From Catajapyx aquilonaris (taxonomy: Eukaryota): a DNA stretch of 44,552 nt. The notes below the pieces were generated by a model that saw only the letters and a program-made list of their open reading frames with translations, was not told the DNA's origin and did no database searches. Every line of letters starts with the position of its first letter. Positions within the stretch are counted from its first letter, which is position 1. A program made the position numbers and the translations under genes. The stretch spans positions 1 through 44,552 of the forward strand of contig KZ538850.1 of NCBI GenBank assembly GCA_000934665.2, given 5' to 3'. This document shows, one piece after another, positions 25,070 through 37,768 of the stretch.

Positions 25070-25175
25070 AGATATCCCAAACCTGTCAGATGTGATCGGT
25101 GTCAATCAAAATATACGATGTTACAAGCAACAGTCGGAGAAATGCACGTTCAAACCTATATGCCAGAGTATAGCA
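25070..25175 (+). pseudogene. Second decayed LINE ORF1 zinc-knuckle relic
   Basis: YPKPVRCDRCQ followed, after a frameshift, by YDVTSNSRRNARSNLYA. This resembles Y-x-P-x-P-x-R-C-x2-C-Q-x-Y-G-H-x4-C-x4-R-C-x2-C. Confidence 0.5.
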
Positions 25176-28100
25176 TTTGTAAATCGAGCTGGACCGGTAG
25201 AGTAAGTTAGTGTATATTATAGTTCTATCGTGACCTTCAGTTACGTAACTACACTCCCTATATAGTTAGATGCTAAGACTGTGATATATTACCGGCATTG
25301 CATTGTATGATCTCTATCACAACCTGTAGCTTTCGGGAAGCGAGTGTATAAGCTAAGTTATAGACCTAATTCGGTTACTCATTATTTGAATAAGAGCCTC
25401 ATATAAATCAGTTACGCCAAATTAGCTACGTGCTTTTAGTAGTGGAATTACCATGTCAGGAATTTTTAATCACTCTTTTTAAACCCACACCCTGCAAACA
25501 ACCTGGTGGCCAACCCGAATTAAAATGCAATTTCACGTTTGAGAAAGCTGCACACGAAATTTCGTGGCTTTAATACTGGTCATAATTGCAGTACTAGTAT
25601 CAGCATCAGCTACATTATATAGTGGCATTTTGATAAACAAGAAAGTAAATATGTGTAAAGCACGTGGTAATTTAGGCCAATTATTTGGCATCACTGGGAA
25701 GATATCGCATTCGCTATTAATACGTCCCTCATCATCAGTGGCTCGTCACGGCCTGTACTTTTCATAGGTTGTGTTTCACCCACTATCTCATTACCATTAC
25801 TGGAAATGCAGCATACGCTAGAACTCAACACAGAACGTGGCCATCACATCAGATATTATCGACTAATAACATTCCAGTCAAGCCAAAGTACGTGGAGAAA
25901 TCGACACATTCAACAATTTATTCTTCTAGGAAGTATTTCCACACTCGATCCTACACAATGATCAGGCCCAATCATTGTCTCATATACTCACACGTCTTAG
26001 TAAAAAAAAAAAGGCCAGGTTGTTAGGAGCATCCCTAAGGTCAAAGGTATGCATGTTTCAACCGACCCAAACTCCCCTCTCACCGCTTCCGGTTGTAATT
26101 TTGCTGAATTATTATGTCCCATATTTTCTCCTGGCACAGGCTGAGAAAAAGACAGCGGGGTGTCCTGCCATTATTCCATCGTGAAGCATGTCCAGCCGAG
26201 AACAGGTTATGTGCGTGCATGAATCGCTCAACATCACGAGTTCTCCCCTATGGCCATAGTTACGTGAGCATCGGAAAAGAATGACAAGATTCATTCTCCC
26301 GCCCCCGCACATTTCCGATAGAATCTCCCGAGACATATTCTTCAAGAGAAACTCGAAAGGGCAAAGGGGTATTTCATTTGGAATCAACTCACGTCCAAAA
26401 GCGCGCGCATTCACTCACGATGCGTGCAAAAAATTTAAGTACAAAAAAAATATTGAGGAGAAAAAAAAGTAGTGTGAAGTAATCGTAAGGTTTGATGTAG
26501 GTGTTAGTGTGGGTGGCCCCCTGAAGCAAAATCCGGCTGGACTTCCGCTTTACATCCTTCCACCACAAGTATATGATTCAGCCCAACGACGGGCTTCTTT
26601 TGTGACCTCGCTAAATTAATTGTTTAGTGGGAGGCGTTGACAGTATATGCACCTACCTTTTTTCCTTCACCTCTCATTAAGTCATTAGATGGTTCAGGTA
26701 CACTTTGGGGCAAAAGTAAGTTGAATTTTTGTGGAAAGTTGAGATTTTACATTGTTATATGTATTGTGGGGGGGTGTTCACATATGGGTTGAGGATAGCA
26801 CGTATTGTATAGGAATGAATGAAACGCTTGAATGAGCCTTTGAAGGAGTGGACACGCAATCCTAAGGCAGGGTAGTGTACTGTATAGTACCACTCGACCT
26901 ATGCCAACATGAACCAATCATCCCGCGATAAGAGCCACACCTAATCATTAGCATTGCCGATTATGTCAGCGTGAGCAGGAAAGTTCCGAGCCTTTCAATC
27001 AAGGAGGCCGCCCAAGAGATGATCACCTGTTGCTTTGTCAACACTACATGCAGGGCTCTGGCAAAGAAAAGGCCCATCCTCGCGGAGATTACGTTTACAT
27101 TTCCCATATACAAATTGCATAGGAAAATCGGACGTGTGCTGTTGCACAACAGCAATTTATGTCATGGCTGTATTTATGTTCTTGCTCCTGATTCCATCGG
27201 TAAGGTGTGAAACGCACCGTCACGTAATTGGGGAAGGTAATTGGAAGCTTGCTTGTAGTGCGACGTGGCCATAATAATAAACTCCGGTTTATATTTTAAT
27301 AAGCGGTAGAAAAGGGCTTTGTGCAAGTTATTTCCGTGTGGTTGTTGCTGTACAAAGTCATAACAATATGTGGGATTTTCATGCTATCGAGCTGTACAGG
27401 AACATAATGCACAGGTATCTATTTTCTATAAGGGGTCATGAGGCAATATAATCATATTGAATAACTTGAGGGGCGTACCACTTGTTACACAGTCTCCGCG
27501 GTGATGTCTGGCACACGCCCATCATTTACTGTCCAATATAGATTCTAATAGTAAATCAATTCGCTAATCAAAGAAGCTGCGTCGAGAGCAATCAACCAAT
27601 GATATAAATGAATCATGCTATCGAAGATTATGGACGGATAATAAAAACAGGTTCTGTATTATATGGCCCTGTTCGTCCTTCCCCAGCGTATATCACGGAA
27701 TGAGATTGCAGCTACGATTCGTTAAGAAAGTGTATTTCATTTGCCTCCGACAAAGTCACACTTCAAAACTGTGTATACACATGCTTGACTTATGGTTTAT
27801 CATTATGCGGAGATATAGTCTACACCTTCACAGGGGTGCTTGTTCGGTGCTATCCGTGGGTGTGGTTGTATCTTTTAACCCGGTGTTTTGATAAGGGCGA
27901 TTACATGACATGGTGTTTAATTTTGGTCAGCTTTGTTTACAATCCATGGCAAACCCTGAAATTGAATTTTGTAAACTTCTTGCCCAAACACCGGGGAGGC
28001 CGTTATCTTCAGCACGTATCTTCATAAACAGACAGCAAACACGGCTTGTTTTTCCTGTCCTCACTTATTACCACAAGTTGATATGACTTTTCTTTCATTT

Positions 28101-30768
28101 CTAAGAAGCCGCATATCTGTCTCCGGTACTATCTAATGCTTCTTAGCGAGGCTACCACAACTCGGAGGTTACTGCAGAATAACCACATCCACCGACACGC
28201 ACTCATTCGTTACATATGCTGTGACGTTTGTGCTCTTTTCACGCGGGGGTGTTATTTTCGAGCTTTCCAAGTATGGAATGAAGTTGATAAGCTCAATAGT
28301 AGCCGCTATCTATTGATAAAGGCTATTCAAAACTGTTGCGAGGCATGACGCTGATGAATATAGAAGCTGCCATCCAATTAAAAATAATTATTGTGAAGGA
28401 TGGGAAATTGTTGGGGAAAAGGTACACCATGCTGCATATACTGTACAGTTATTGAGGCATGTTAGCGTCGCGTCCGTAATAGCGTGAAATAATTATGTCG
28501 AATAAAGTGATCTCAAGGGCTTCATGGCGACTGGTGAGCGTATTAATTACAAGAAAATCATCATGCAGTGTGTATCGTACTTATTACGTAAGAATGACTA
28601 TGGGTCTACATGTCACGTGCAATTGGGACCATTACTGATTTATAATTTTTCTCTCTCCTTGTTTTGAAATGACCATTGTGGAGGAGGCACACACGACAAG
28701 CGCAAGTGGGTCATACATTTGTCGTGCCATGAATTTATGATCTCTTGTACTTTGATGGGAACCACTTCTGAAGGATAGTTGTTAATGATGGATGGCTAAA
28801 ATGTGACATTTGACCATCACATCCATGGAAATTCCGATCATCTGATAGGCTACTCACAGCACAAAAGTGTACAGTATTTTCAAGTTTATGCCCCATCAAG
28901 TTTTGCAAATGCGTACACAGCGAAAAGTGCATCCTGCAGCCATGTATAACTTAATATGTACCAGGGGCAACCAGGAGCTTAAGTAGTGTGTCAATGAGAG
29001 TACAAATATAGGCGTAAGCCAAGTGCAGTTGTCTTACCGATGCGCCTAATGTATGCTAAGTAATGGATCATTAAAACAATGTACGGCCTACATATGGGGA
29101 AAGCAAGGTCTGCTGTAATGCCATTGTACTCGTCTCTGCATCTGAACAGAAAATTTGCCAAGAGCCAAAAATGGTCAACTCAAAATTTGGGACGCCAAAA
29201 AAAAGTGCATCGGATCTCTCTCACCCCATGAAAAATGAATGAAAAAAAGGGGGCACTTTGCCCACATACGAATACATGCATACATGTGCATGCATGGTGG
29301 TCGCCCACGCGTACCACTTATTGCCTTATTGAGGCTAATGGTTTCCAAGTGCAGTCCAAACGCCCTGATGGTCTGAATGGGCTCCGGCGCCCGATTTCCT
29401 TTCTCTGGGACTGCGACTGCCATGTGTGCACTGCGAATTTGGTCTGATCATATCTTCTACGTATTATGCAAATGGAGGGACTAATGAAGGGGAAGTTTTT
29501 AGAGGTCTTGTGTTTTTTTTATGCTTGGGTGACTCTTGTTATCTCTTAACACGATCGAAGTCTTCGTGCAAGATGGCATAAATGACGGGTGCTGGTATAT
29601 TGTAATTTAGGGCTCGTCTGACATATTACACTAGAGCACGACATGGCATTCACAGTCTTCCTGCTCGCTTATTATTCACAGCTTCGTGACCCAAGGGCTG
29701 TTGGGTTACCGGACCGCGAGACAAACTTGCCTTTGGTCGCTCAATTATCTTAATCTTCATTTCCATCTATGCACCTGTTCTCTAAATTATATGTTGCATG
29801 GGTCGTTTGATTCAATATTTTGGTGTGTGGTACGGCACATTATGGATAATTTCTAGGCTGGAAGGAAGCAAAGAAATTGATGGCAAAATCCATCCGAACA
29901 TATTAAACGGAGACATTATTACTGCTTATAAGCAAGTTATAAGTAATAAATTATTAAGCATAAGCCTGTTTTTACTCAAGGTTTCCTCACGATTTAATAA
30001 ATTCAATTGCAGGCTTACTTATGCGAGTGCTAACTCGGTTCTTCTTAATTATAGACATCTGCTTGACTGAGAATTACAGTGAGTGGATGCTACGGCAGAT
30101 TTATTACCTAGAAATTGAAGGCATGTGACAAAGGTTAAATGCTGCTTGTGACCTTGTTTGGCTGCGACGAGCACTGGTGTTCAGCGACAATAAGAGTCTA
30201 TTCACGGAACCATTATGTATCACGATAATCTGCTTCCTTCCTTGGGGAATACGCGTTGACGAACCACCGGAAGGCCTGGAAAGATCAGAGGTGGACACCT
30301 ACTAGACGTTTAGGATTCTGGGAACGTCTCGGAAGTATTTTGAGGTCACCACCGGTGATGACATAACCATTAATCACAGTGTGTGTGTGTTCTTTCTACG
30401 TTATTTAACCAATCCGGTGCAGTTGTGGTTGTGCCTGTGACCCAATCGTGTAGGAAATCCTGAGGCCTGTCGGCTATGGACCAAGGTTCTGAAGTCAGTC
30501 TAGGAAAAATTGCCGTGAGCTACGCTGCAGGATTATTCCAGGGGTTCGGAACAGCTAGAGGTGAGATTTTGCTGTGTCGAAGAAGCACGATCTTGACGTC
30601 CGCTTTGGAATATTTTGGCGGTTGTTTGTCAGCCATAAAATGATGTTGAAGTTGGCACAGGGGTTTACTCCGGAAACAATGAAACACAAGCTGACTGGTT
30701 TCTTGCATCCGTTAGGACTAACCATGGTCAACAGAAACTGACTAAGCCTTTTCTTTTGGTCCTTTCAG

Positions 30769-30924
30769 AACGAGAGAGACCCCAATCGGCGACAAGCTGG
30801 ACGATTCGCTGCATCACCTAGACAGAGGATAGTGATACCGACACCACTTGTCTCGAGCGATTTTGGAACAGTAGCTTCCTGAGGAAGCCGAGTTCATCGA
30901 GCTAGAAGGATCAAGTCAGTGTCT
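30769..30924 (+). other. ATF3: 5' leader part of exon 2
   Basis: Branch-like ACTAAG, polypyrimidine tract and acceptor CCTTTCAG| ending at 30768. No ATG before 30925. Confidence 0.7.
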
Positions 30925-31407
30925 ATGATGTACCTCAACGTGAACATGAACCCAGGCTCCTGCCTGCAGGACAGCGCCTGTACCACACCCAGGACACCCG
31001 AGATCCTGAACTCTCTAATGGCGCTAAGCAATCCCTTCGACACCTATCCGGCTGGCGAGCTAGTGGGGGGTTCTGGTGGGCCGCCCCTGGGTCTGGGCAG
31101 TCCGCCCTTGGCCACATCTCCATCTGATGCTGGCCATGCATCCTACCCTTCCCCGCCTTCCTCGGCGTCCTCCGCATCCTCGACGGCCTCGTCGCCATGC
31201 TCGTCTTCAGGTTCTTCCCCTGCACCTCAGGGGCGGCCCTCTAATCGCCCTCACTGCCGCATCCCCGTCCGCACTCGGGCGCACAGCATCCAGCATACGC
31301 GCTCACAGCTCATCAAGGAAGGACTCAAGCTAACCATTCAGACCAAGCGAATGGCCACAGGCCAGGAGCAAGTCTGCATTGAGCCCAAAATACCAAAGAG
31401 GGAAGAG
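30925..31407 (+). CDS. ATF3: ATF3-like bZIP transcription factor, first coding exon (161 codons)
   Basis: MMYLNVN..CTTPRTPEILNSLMALSNPF..Ser/Pro-rich..QHTRSQLIKEGLKLTIQTKR; I recognise these motifs from protostome ATF3. Donor GAG|GTATGT, phase 0. Confidence 0.9.
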
Positions 31408-34234
31408 GTATGTGATGTAAGTTATCCAACGACAGTTAGGTTCAGGTACCGGTAACCTTGTATCCTCAATAACCAAAAGTTCCTCGAGTCCATCCATTTC
31501 CCAATTATCTCGTGTCATATGGACTACACATCATAACCTAATTTATTGTTGGGCCTTTTTCACCTCATTGCACCTGGTATCCCTCACCTGAGATTAGCGG
31601 TATCAATTCATTTTTGTATCTGATTGTTCAAAATGAGGTTGGGAAAGGTTAGGGAGGTTGAGATAAGGTGGTATTGGAAAAAGCGTATTAAAAGGGTGCC
31701 GTGTGTCTCAGTCGAGATAAATGGATACAGGGTGATAGGGCGTGACACTTTGCAGTTCTGATATTCAAATGGCCATGGAGATTTGGGGTTGGCATGTAAG
31801 TGTCAATGCCGATAGTTATTTACTTGCTTGTCATTCAGTGAAAGTAAAATAGCGGGGACTCGCGACTTTAGCCTAACATTAGCCACAATACCAATGGCAT
31901 TGAGCGAAATGCGCGAAAAATGTCTACCAGGTTTTCTATAGTTGTTCTTATGCATTTGCAGTTCCGGATATACGACGATGGGGAGACGAGTCCGCCCGCG
32001 AGTCCATATGAGGAGGTTGTATAAATTATGTTACTTATTAGTTTTACTCTTTAAAATATTTTGGAAGGTCGTGCTACTATTAAATTTCGTGCAAATAATG
32101 CAGTTACACAATCGCTGTTGGCGTTTTTGCGGTGAATGTGTAGTCGGAAGGAAACCGCAGGCAGAAAGTTCTGGACCATCAAGCTCACAAAGGTACACAA
32201 ATAAAGATGTTATGAAAGACAATGGAATTCGTGACACCGTTTGTTATTGACAATGAAGCGACAGTGAAGCATTAGTTTTGTGGGGAGGGAAACGGGTTAA
32301 GCTAAGCGTGGAAGAGGTTTTATGCATACTATGTCGAGGACACGCAAGCACACTGTTTATAAGAGGAGACTATAGGAACTCGAAAAAAAGACACTTTCCA
32401 AGGCCTTTTGGCTTGCAGTGAAATCGTGCGAATGTACAGAATAGTTGCACACTTTTGAAAAAAGAAATCATCGTTGCACACAAATCCACTCATTCAGGGT
32501 AATTTCGCAGTCAATGGCAGAAACGTGCTTGAGTAGGGGAAAACAAAAGGATCAAAATTATGGAGTCGCTCGATACAGTTGCAAGATCAATAGCCCATTA
32601 TATGTGCAGCTCTTATTTAGGCTGGCTTTCTTTTCCCCCTTGTCTATGATAGTAGATCTCATACTTATGGCATACTATTTATGAAGAAGGAAGAAAAAAA
32701 CGCGTCCCTTTCTAGATGTAAATTGGCCCTTTTGCGTCTCGACCGCGTCTTGACTGTGTCTCCTTTCATCATGCAATCGCACTTATTGGGTGTAATAGAA
32801 TTCAGAATTATATTTTTCAGTACTCTCCTATACTTCGGCTTTTGTTAAAAGACAGATCACACCCACTGTCTTATCTGAATGCCACCCACTGTGAACAACA
32901 CAACGCAATAACTCAGAAGCTCTGCAAGACACGAAGTTGTCGTGCCTTGCGTATGATCATTTCCGAGTTATCTTATATCAAATGCACATAGCATATGACA
33001 ACTCCTGGCATTGCCGAGCTTCATATTGCTCACAGTCTGTGGGCCGTGGTTCAAAATGACTGAAAACCATTTCCATACATGCAGTTCATCGTGGTTGTCA
33101 ACGATCTGCGATTGTGGACACGACCTTGCTACGAGCATTGTCATTCACTTACATATCAAAGTGTGCCGTCATTCACGCCATATTCCACAATTCGTCACTA
33201 GCAAAGTGATATACTGTACCGAATGAGCACTGTATTATAATGCCTCTGCTCCATATACATCGTATGATACAAACACTGACAGCCTTGAGCCTCATACTGT
33301 AGTGTATACTATGAATTGATGTAATGGCCTAGAGAAACTATATCTGAAATTGTTATGCACCCTTGAAGAGACCAGAATATATGTCTGTTTTAAGCCAGCA
33401 AAACTGGGCGTCCGTTAAATAGTGCCCATGGTTCCCTTCTGTAATTAGGATATAACTTATATGCAATAGGGTAGTTACGATGATCGAGTCTCATATTTTG
33501 GTCATGTTCAGTAGCTCAATTTTGCTAACCTGCTGCCCACGACCTACGTCAAAAAGTACAAAAAATTTAAAATCAGTTTTTTTTGTCGTATGTACTTGAT
33601 ACTTGATACTTGGTACTAGTACAGTAGTACAGGCCTATTTGATAATAATCCGCGCTTGACATGCGTGCTTATCTAGTGACCTCGTATTGAGGAAGTTATC
33701 AAATGGCTTATTTGTTATGGGTTACGAAAAAGTTAAGCCCACAAGAGTAGGCAGCCTGCACTACACCGATATTTAATTAACAGCAGATATAGAAAATAAT
33801 ATTATTGTTTACTACAGTAAGCATTCGTTATTCATGGGCGCTCAAGAGAAACAAAGAACTTACGCTTTCACTAGAAATTTTTTGAAAATGCCGTCCCAGA
33901 TATTTACGCGTTCTTCACCACCAACTGCTGTCAGCTTTGTCAATCCTATTTTTGGCGAAGACTCATCGTGATAACGGTTTAAATCAGCATGTAAACGGAC
34001 TCCTTCATTACGTTTCATGCCCGGAAGAGTTTGCTAATATCATCGCGTCCAGAAAAGGTCGCAAAAATGATCACAGAACCCCCCGCCCCCCCACTCCCCC
34101 GAAACTACGACTTAGAGCATGATTGCAGAAATATGTCATATCTTGCTACTGCTGCACACAAAGAGCTGTATGAAGGATGATCAAAGACGCACTCACTTGA
34201 ACTGCTCGAGACTTTGAGTAATGTCCGTTGTAAG

Positions 34235-34470
34235 GACTGTCATGTGGAATCAGGAATTGTCGTGCGCTCTTTTTGCAAAACTCAAGGGGACATCTTGGAG
34301 TATCCTCCACACATTGTCCAGACCGAGTGATCTTTAACATGTTTCGTCACCTTATGAATATTTTCGGAAGATGACACCCTACAGACCTAGAGAGTGACCA
34401 CGAGACGAAGAAGTAGGCTTGGCGGCGAGAGTGCTGGACAAATAGCCTTACAAAATACGGTGCCATCTAC
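34235..34470 (+). pseudogene. Heavily decayed mariner transposase fragment
   Basis: Across frameshifts it reads LFAKLKGDILEYPPH..PD..FNMFRHLMN..W..LTKYG, resembling the mariner WEVLxHPPYSPDLAPSDFHLF and RWxKCxxxxGDY motifs. Confidence 0.5.
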
Positions 34471-37062
34471 TATCAAGTTAAAAAATGTACTGAACTCAAT
34501 TGGCACCAATTTCCCAAATACTATCGCATATAAAAATTCGTGCAGTACATTGTAAGAAAAGCCTGTGTTTCACACATGATTTGCTACTCCAGGCACACTA
34601 TATAGTCTCCACCATGTGTGCACAAAACAACTGCCACGAAAACTGACTCCTTGACTATGCCGGCAAATGGAGACTTCAGACTTGACACTGAAACATGGTG
34701 CCCTAATAGGTTTTTCAAATATATTTTTTTGTGCACGTTTTACCTTGCTTCAAAGGGATGAAAGCTAGGTTATGGCAGCAGAGATGTACTTGTAGTGCAT
34801 AACAAGCCGAAGTGTTAGTCTTGGCCCAAAGCAGTAGTTGACGTAGGCGAGAGAGAGGGAGAGAGGGAGAGAGAGAGAGAAGATGAACTATCTGATGGGT
34901 TAGGATCGTGATTGACGGTGAGGTAAATATTCGGCTGAGCTTCTAGGCTGCTTGTTCGTGGTCTGATGAATTTTCGGTGCCAAGGTCTTTCTGTTCTGTT
35001 CTTGACTTGAGTTGGGAAACCCATGAAAGCCACAACTAATGGTAGGCCATCTTGACTAGAGAAATCCTATCTCACCAAAGCGCGACCTTCACTTTTCCAT
35101 GGACGAGTCATCCCCACCAATTAGGAACTCTCTGGACCTCTCTAGCTAATGACCACGCGAGGAAGTCTCACTAATCAAACCTCTTGACTAAAAATAATGG
35201 ACACCGACTCAAATTAGTCTCGTGTTACCTCACATGTGCTAGGTGAAAGGGGTTATTTGGGAAATGGCGCCCCTGGCCAAGTTTTGGCCAATGACTTCAC
35301 CTTGCGCTGTCAATACACATTTCCAGTTATTTTCAGGAGAAAAGGCGGGGAGAAAAATAAGATGAATCGGGTATGATGCTAGAGATTTTCTTTTGATTTT
35401 GAGTCGCTTGGGAACGATGGACCACAAATGTAAAATGCGGAGATACTGAAAAGTCTTATCACATGAAAATGAGCTCACGGCTTACACTGGTCTTGCTTAC
35501 ATCTCCGGGGATTTTGCAATCTGCGATATTCTGCGGCCTTATCGAAGCTAGATGAATCACATGCTCTCCCTGTAGTATTCGTATATATAGTCTCGCACAA
35601 GGACAATAGTAATTTATTGACAGCAGGAACTTCCACTGCATTTGATTATGACATTTTTACTATATTCAACATGAAACAACGCCGGTCCTGTCAACTCTGC
35701 GCAGTATGAGTATCTAAATTATTTCTATACTTGTGATGGGTTTTTTTTTGTTCTTTGTTCGATGAAAAATCCCTGATTGGAACTATTAATTCACTGTACG
35801 ATTTTATATATGACGATTCACCTTGTCATATTAAACCTCGCTTATGTAACTCGTTCATCGAAACAAGTTGTAGGTTAGACTGTGACCCATTTTCACATAG
35901 CCTCTGTCCTACCTTAACGTCCATGCTATTCTGTCGACATTGCATAGCCTCCGATTTTGTTTCACTAATTCAAAGCGGCTCTATGACCTTGCCACATACT
36001 CCCACTGAAGGTCTCATAAAATACAGTAGGTTTTTGAAATCAGCATATTATTATTAACATTTCCCATTATGAGATTCTTTCTCTCTTTTTCATCAAGTTA
36101 TACAGTACCTACATTATTTTACATTACTGGGTTGACAGTTGTGTCAGCAAAACGAACTTTCTAAACTGCCTTCCACGTGAAAGAATACTATGAGCCTCAA
36201 AATATATCATACCGGTACACCATTCTTCGAATGCATTGTTGCGAATTTTGTCTCATATTTAATATCCAGAAGCATAAAATCAGGTCCTACCCACCACCTT
36301 ATCTGAATGCGATACAGGTTTCGGAAAGACGGGGAGATACCATATGTCTTATATTTGCCATCAAATAACGCGACTTATCGCACTCAGTTATCACGGTGGG
36401 TGATCCGGAGTGGGCCGCATTAATATAAGGCGGTGAGTGGGACCTACTTTATGCTTCGAGATAGAGAATACACGTAGGAGTGTGGGGGAGAAAGAACGTT
36501 CCAAGTTGGAATCAAATGCTCGTCAGGCAGTGAGTGGAAGAATAATGACTGTGGAATAAGCTTGGAAAAGGCCCGTCATTTGTCTGAGTGAGTAGCTCAC
36601 GAATGCGAATTCATGTGTGTGTCACCGCCCACACACGCAGCATATGATAGTCGTGCAGCAATCACTTTCCCCACGAATCTCCGAAAATTCTCAAGGCCGC
36701 CTATACTGTATGGTGTGTGTGGCATACGTACTACAACCATACACTATACTGTATGCGTGGGTCGAGTTTCCTGCCTGCTGATTATACACAAACCGATCCA
36801 CCGACCACCTGCTTGGATCACGATTTTACGTATATGTTCATTTACGCCTACGGCCCCTTCGCCTAGACCCAAGAGCCTTCGGCACTTTTACTTCCAATCC
36901 AGATAATCCTCAAGGACACCTTCCACATTAATTCCTCAACCCTTAGCTCACTTTTCGAGGAGGGGGGCCTTGTTCTTCCAGGATGAAACATTCTTGCCCT
37001 CGAGAGTCGTCGCGATTTCTCTTGTGGCCTGCTATCTCATTGTGTTGTCATTCCCTTTACAG

Positions 37063-37170
37063 CTGACCCAAGAAGACGAGGAGCGACGAAGACGACGACG
37101 CGAACGAAACAAAATTGCAGCAACGAAATGCCGAAATAAAAAGAAGGAAAAGACAATTATCCTCGTTCAG
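37063..37170 (+). CDS. ATF3: ATF3-like bZIP, basic-region exon (36 codons)
   Basis: LTQEDEERRRRRRERNKIAATKCRNKKKEKTIILVQ. Acceptor TTCCCTTTACAG|, donor CAG|GTGAGA. A 108-nt phase 0-0 exon, as in Fos/ATF3-family genes. Confidence 0.96.
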
Positions 37171-37348
37171 GTGAGAGGACGGGTGTCAAACGGGTTTTTG
37201 CAGTGAAATATGTGTAATAATTTCATTATTCAGTGTCGCTTTCTTTACTGCACATTTTGTGCCACATAAATTCCTAATTTTGCTAGATTATTACTGATTA
37301 TTATTATGTGTCGGGCGGTAACGAGCTGCTTGTTTCTTTTCTAATAAG

Positions 37349-37768
37349 GAATCGGAATGCCTGGAGGGTCAAAACGTGTCCCTAAAGACAGAGATCCAGA
37401 AGCTGGAAGCAGAGAAGCAGCGGTTAATGGATATTTTGTCCATGCACGCACCAGCCTGTGCGAAAAACACTACCCCAACCAGTGACAACAATAGCAGCAG
37501 CAGCAGTAGCGGTAGCAGCAGCAACACCGCCGCAACCACCCCCACATCTCACAATGGAGACAACAGCAGTTATGCCCACCCTAGCAGCTGCAGTTACCCT
37601 AATGAAGCAGTGAACGGCTACTGCACCACCCACATCTCCTCCACCTCATCCTCCACTTCTTGTGTCAATTCGTACCAGTACAGCTCCTGCAGCTTTGACC
37701 AAGGCAGTGGCAACACTAACCCTTTCTTGGGTTACAATGGACTTGAGAGCGGTTGTGTGGCCCTGTAG
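37349..37768 (+). CDS. ATF3: ATF3-like bZIP, leucine zipper and C-terminal exon (139 aa + stop)
   Basis: ESECLEGQNVSLKTEIQKLEAEKQRLMDILSMHAPAC completes five Leu heptads plus the HxxxC motif of the Fos/ATF3 family. Acceptor TTTTCTAATAAG|; AGC-repeat poly-Ser; ends SGCVAL*. Confidence 0.95.
   Translation, partial: ESECLEGQNVSLKTEIQKLEAEKQRLMDILSMHAPACAKNTTPTSDNNSSSSSSGSSSNTAATTPTSHNGDNSSYAHPSSCSYPNEAVNGYCTTHISSTSSSTSCVNSYQYSSCSFDQGSGNTNPFLGYNGLESGCVAL

Noticed and set aside
30919..31455. ORF-track boundaries as the true CDS
   Set aside because: 30919 is GTG and the first ATG is 30925. The portion after 31407/31416 is intronic.
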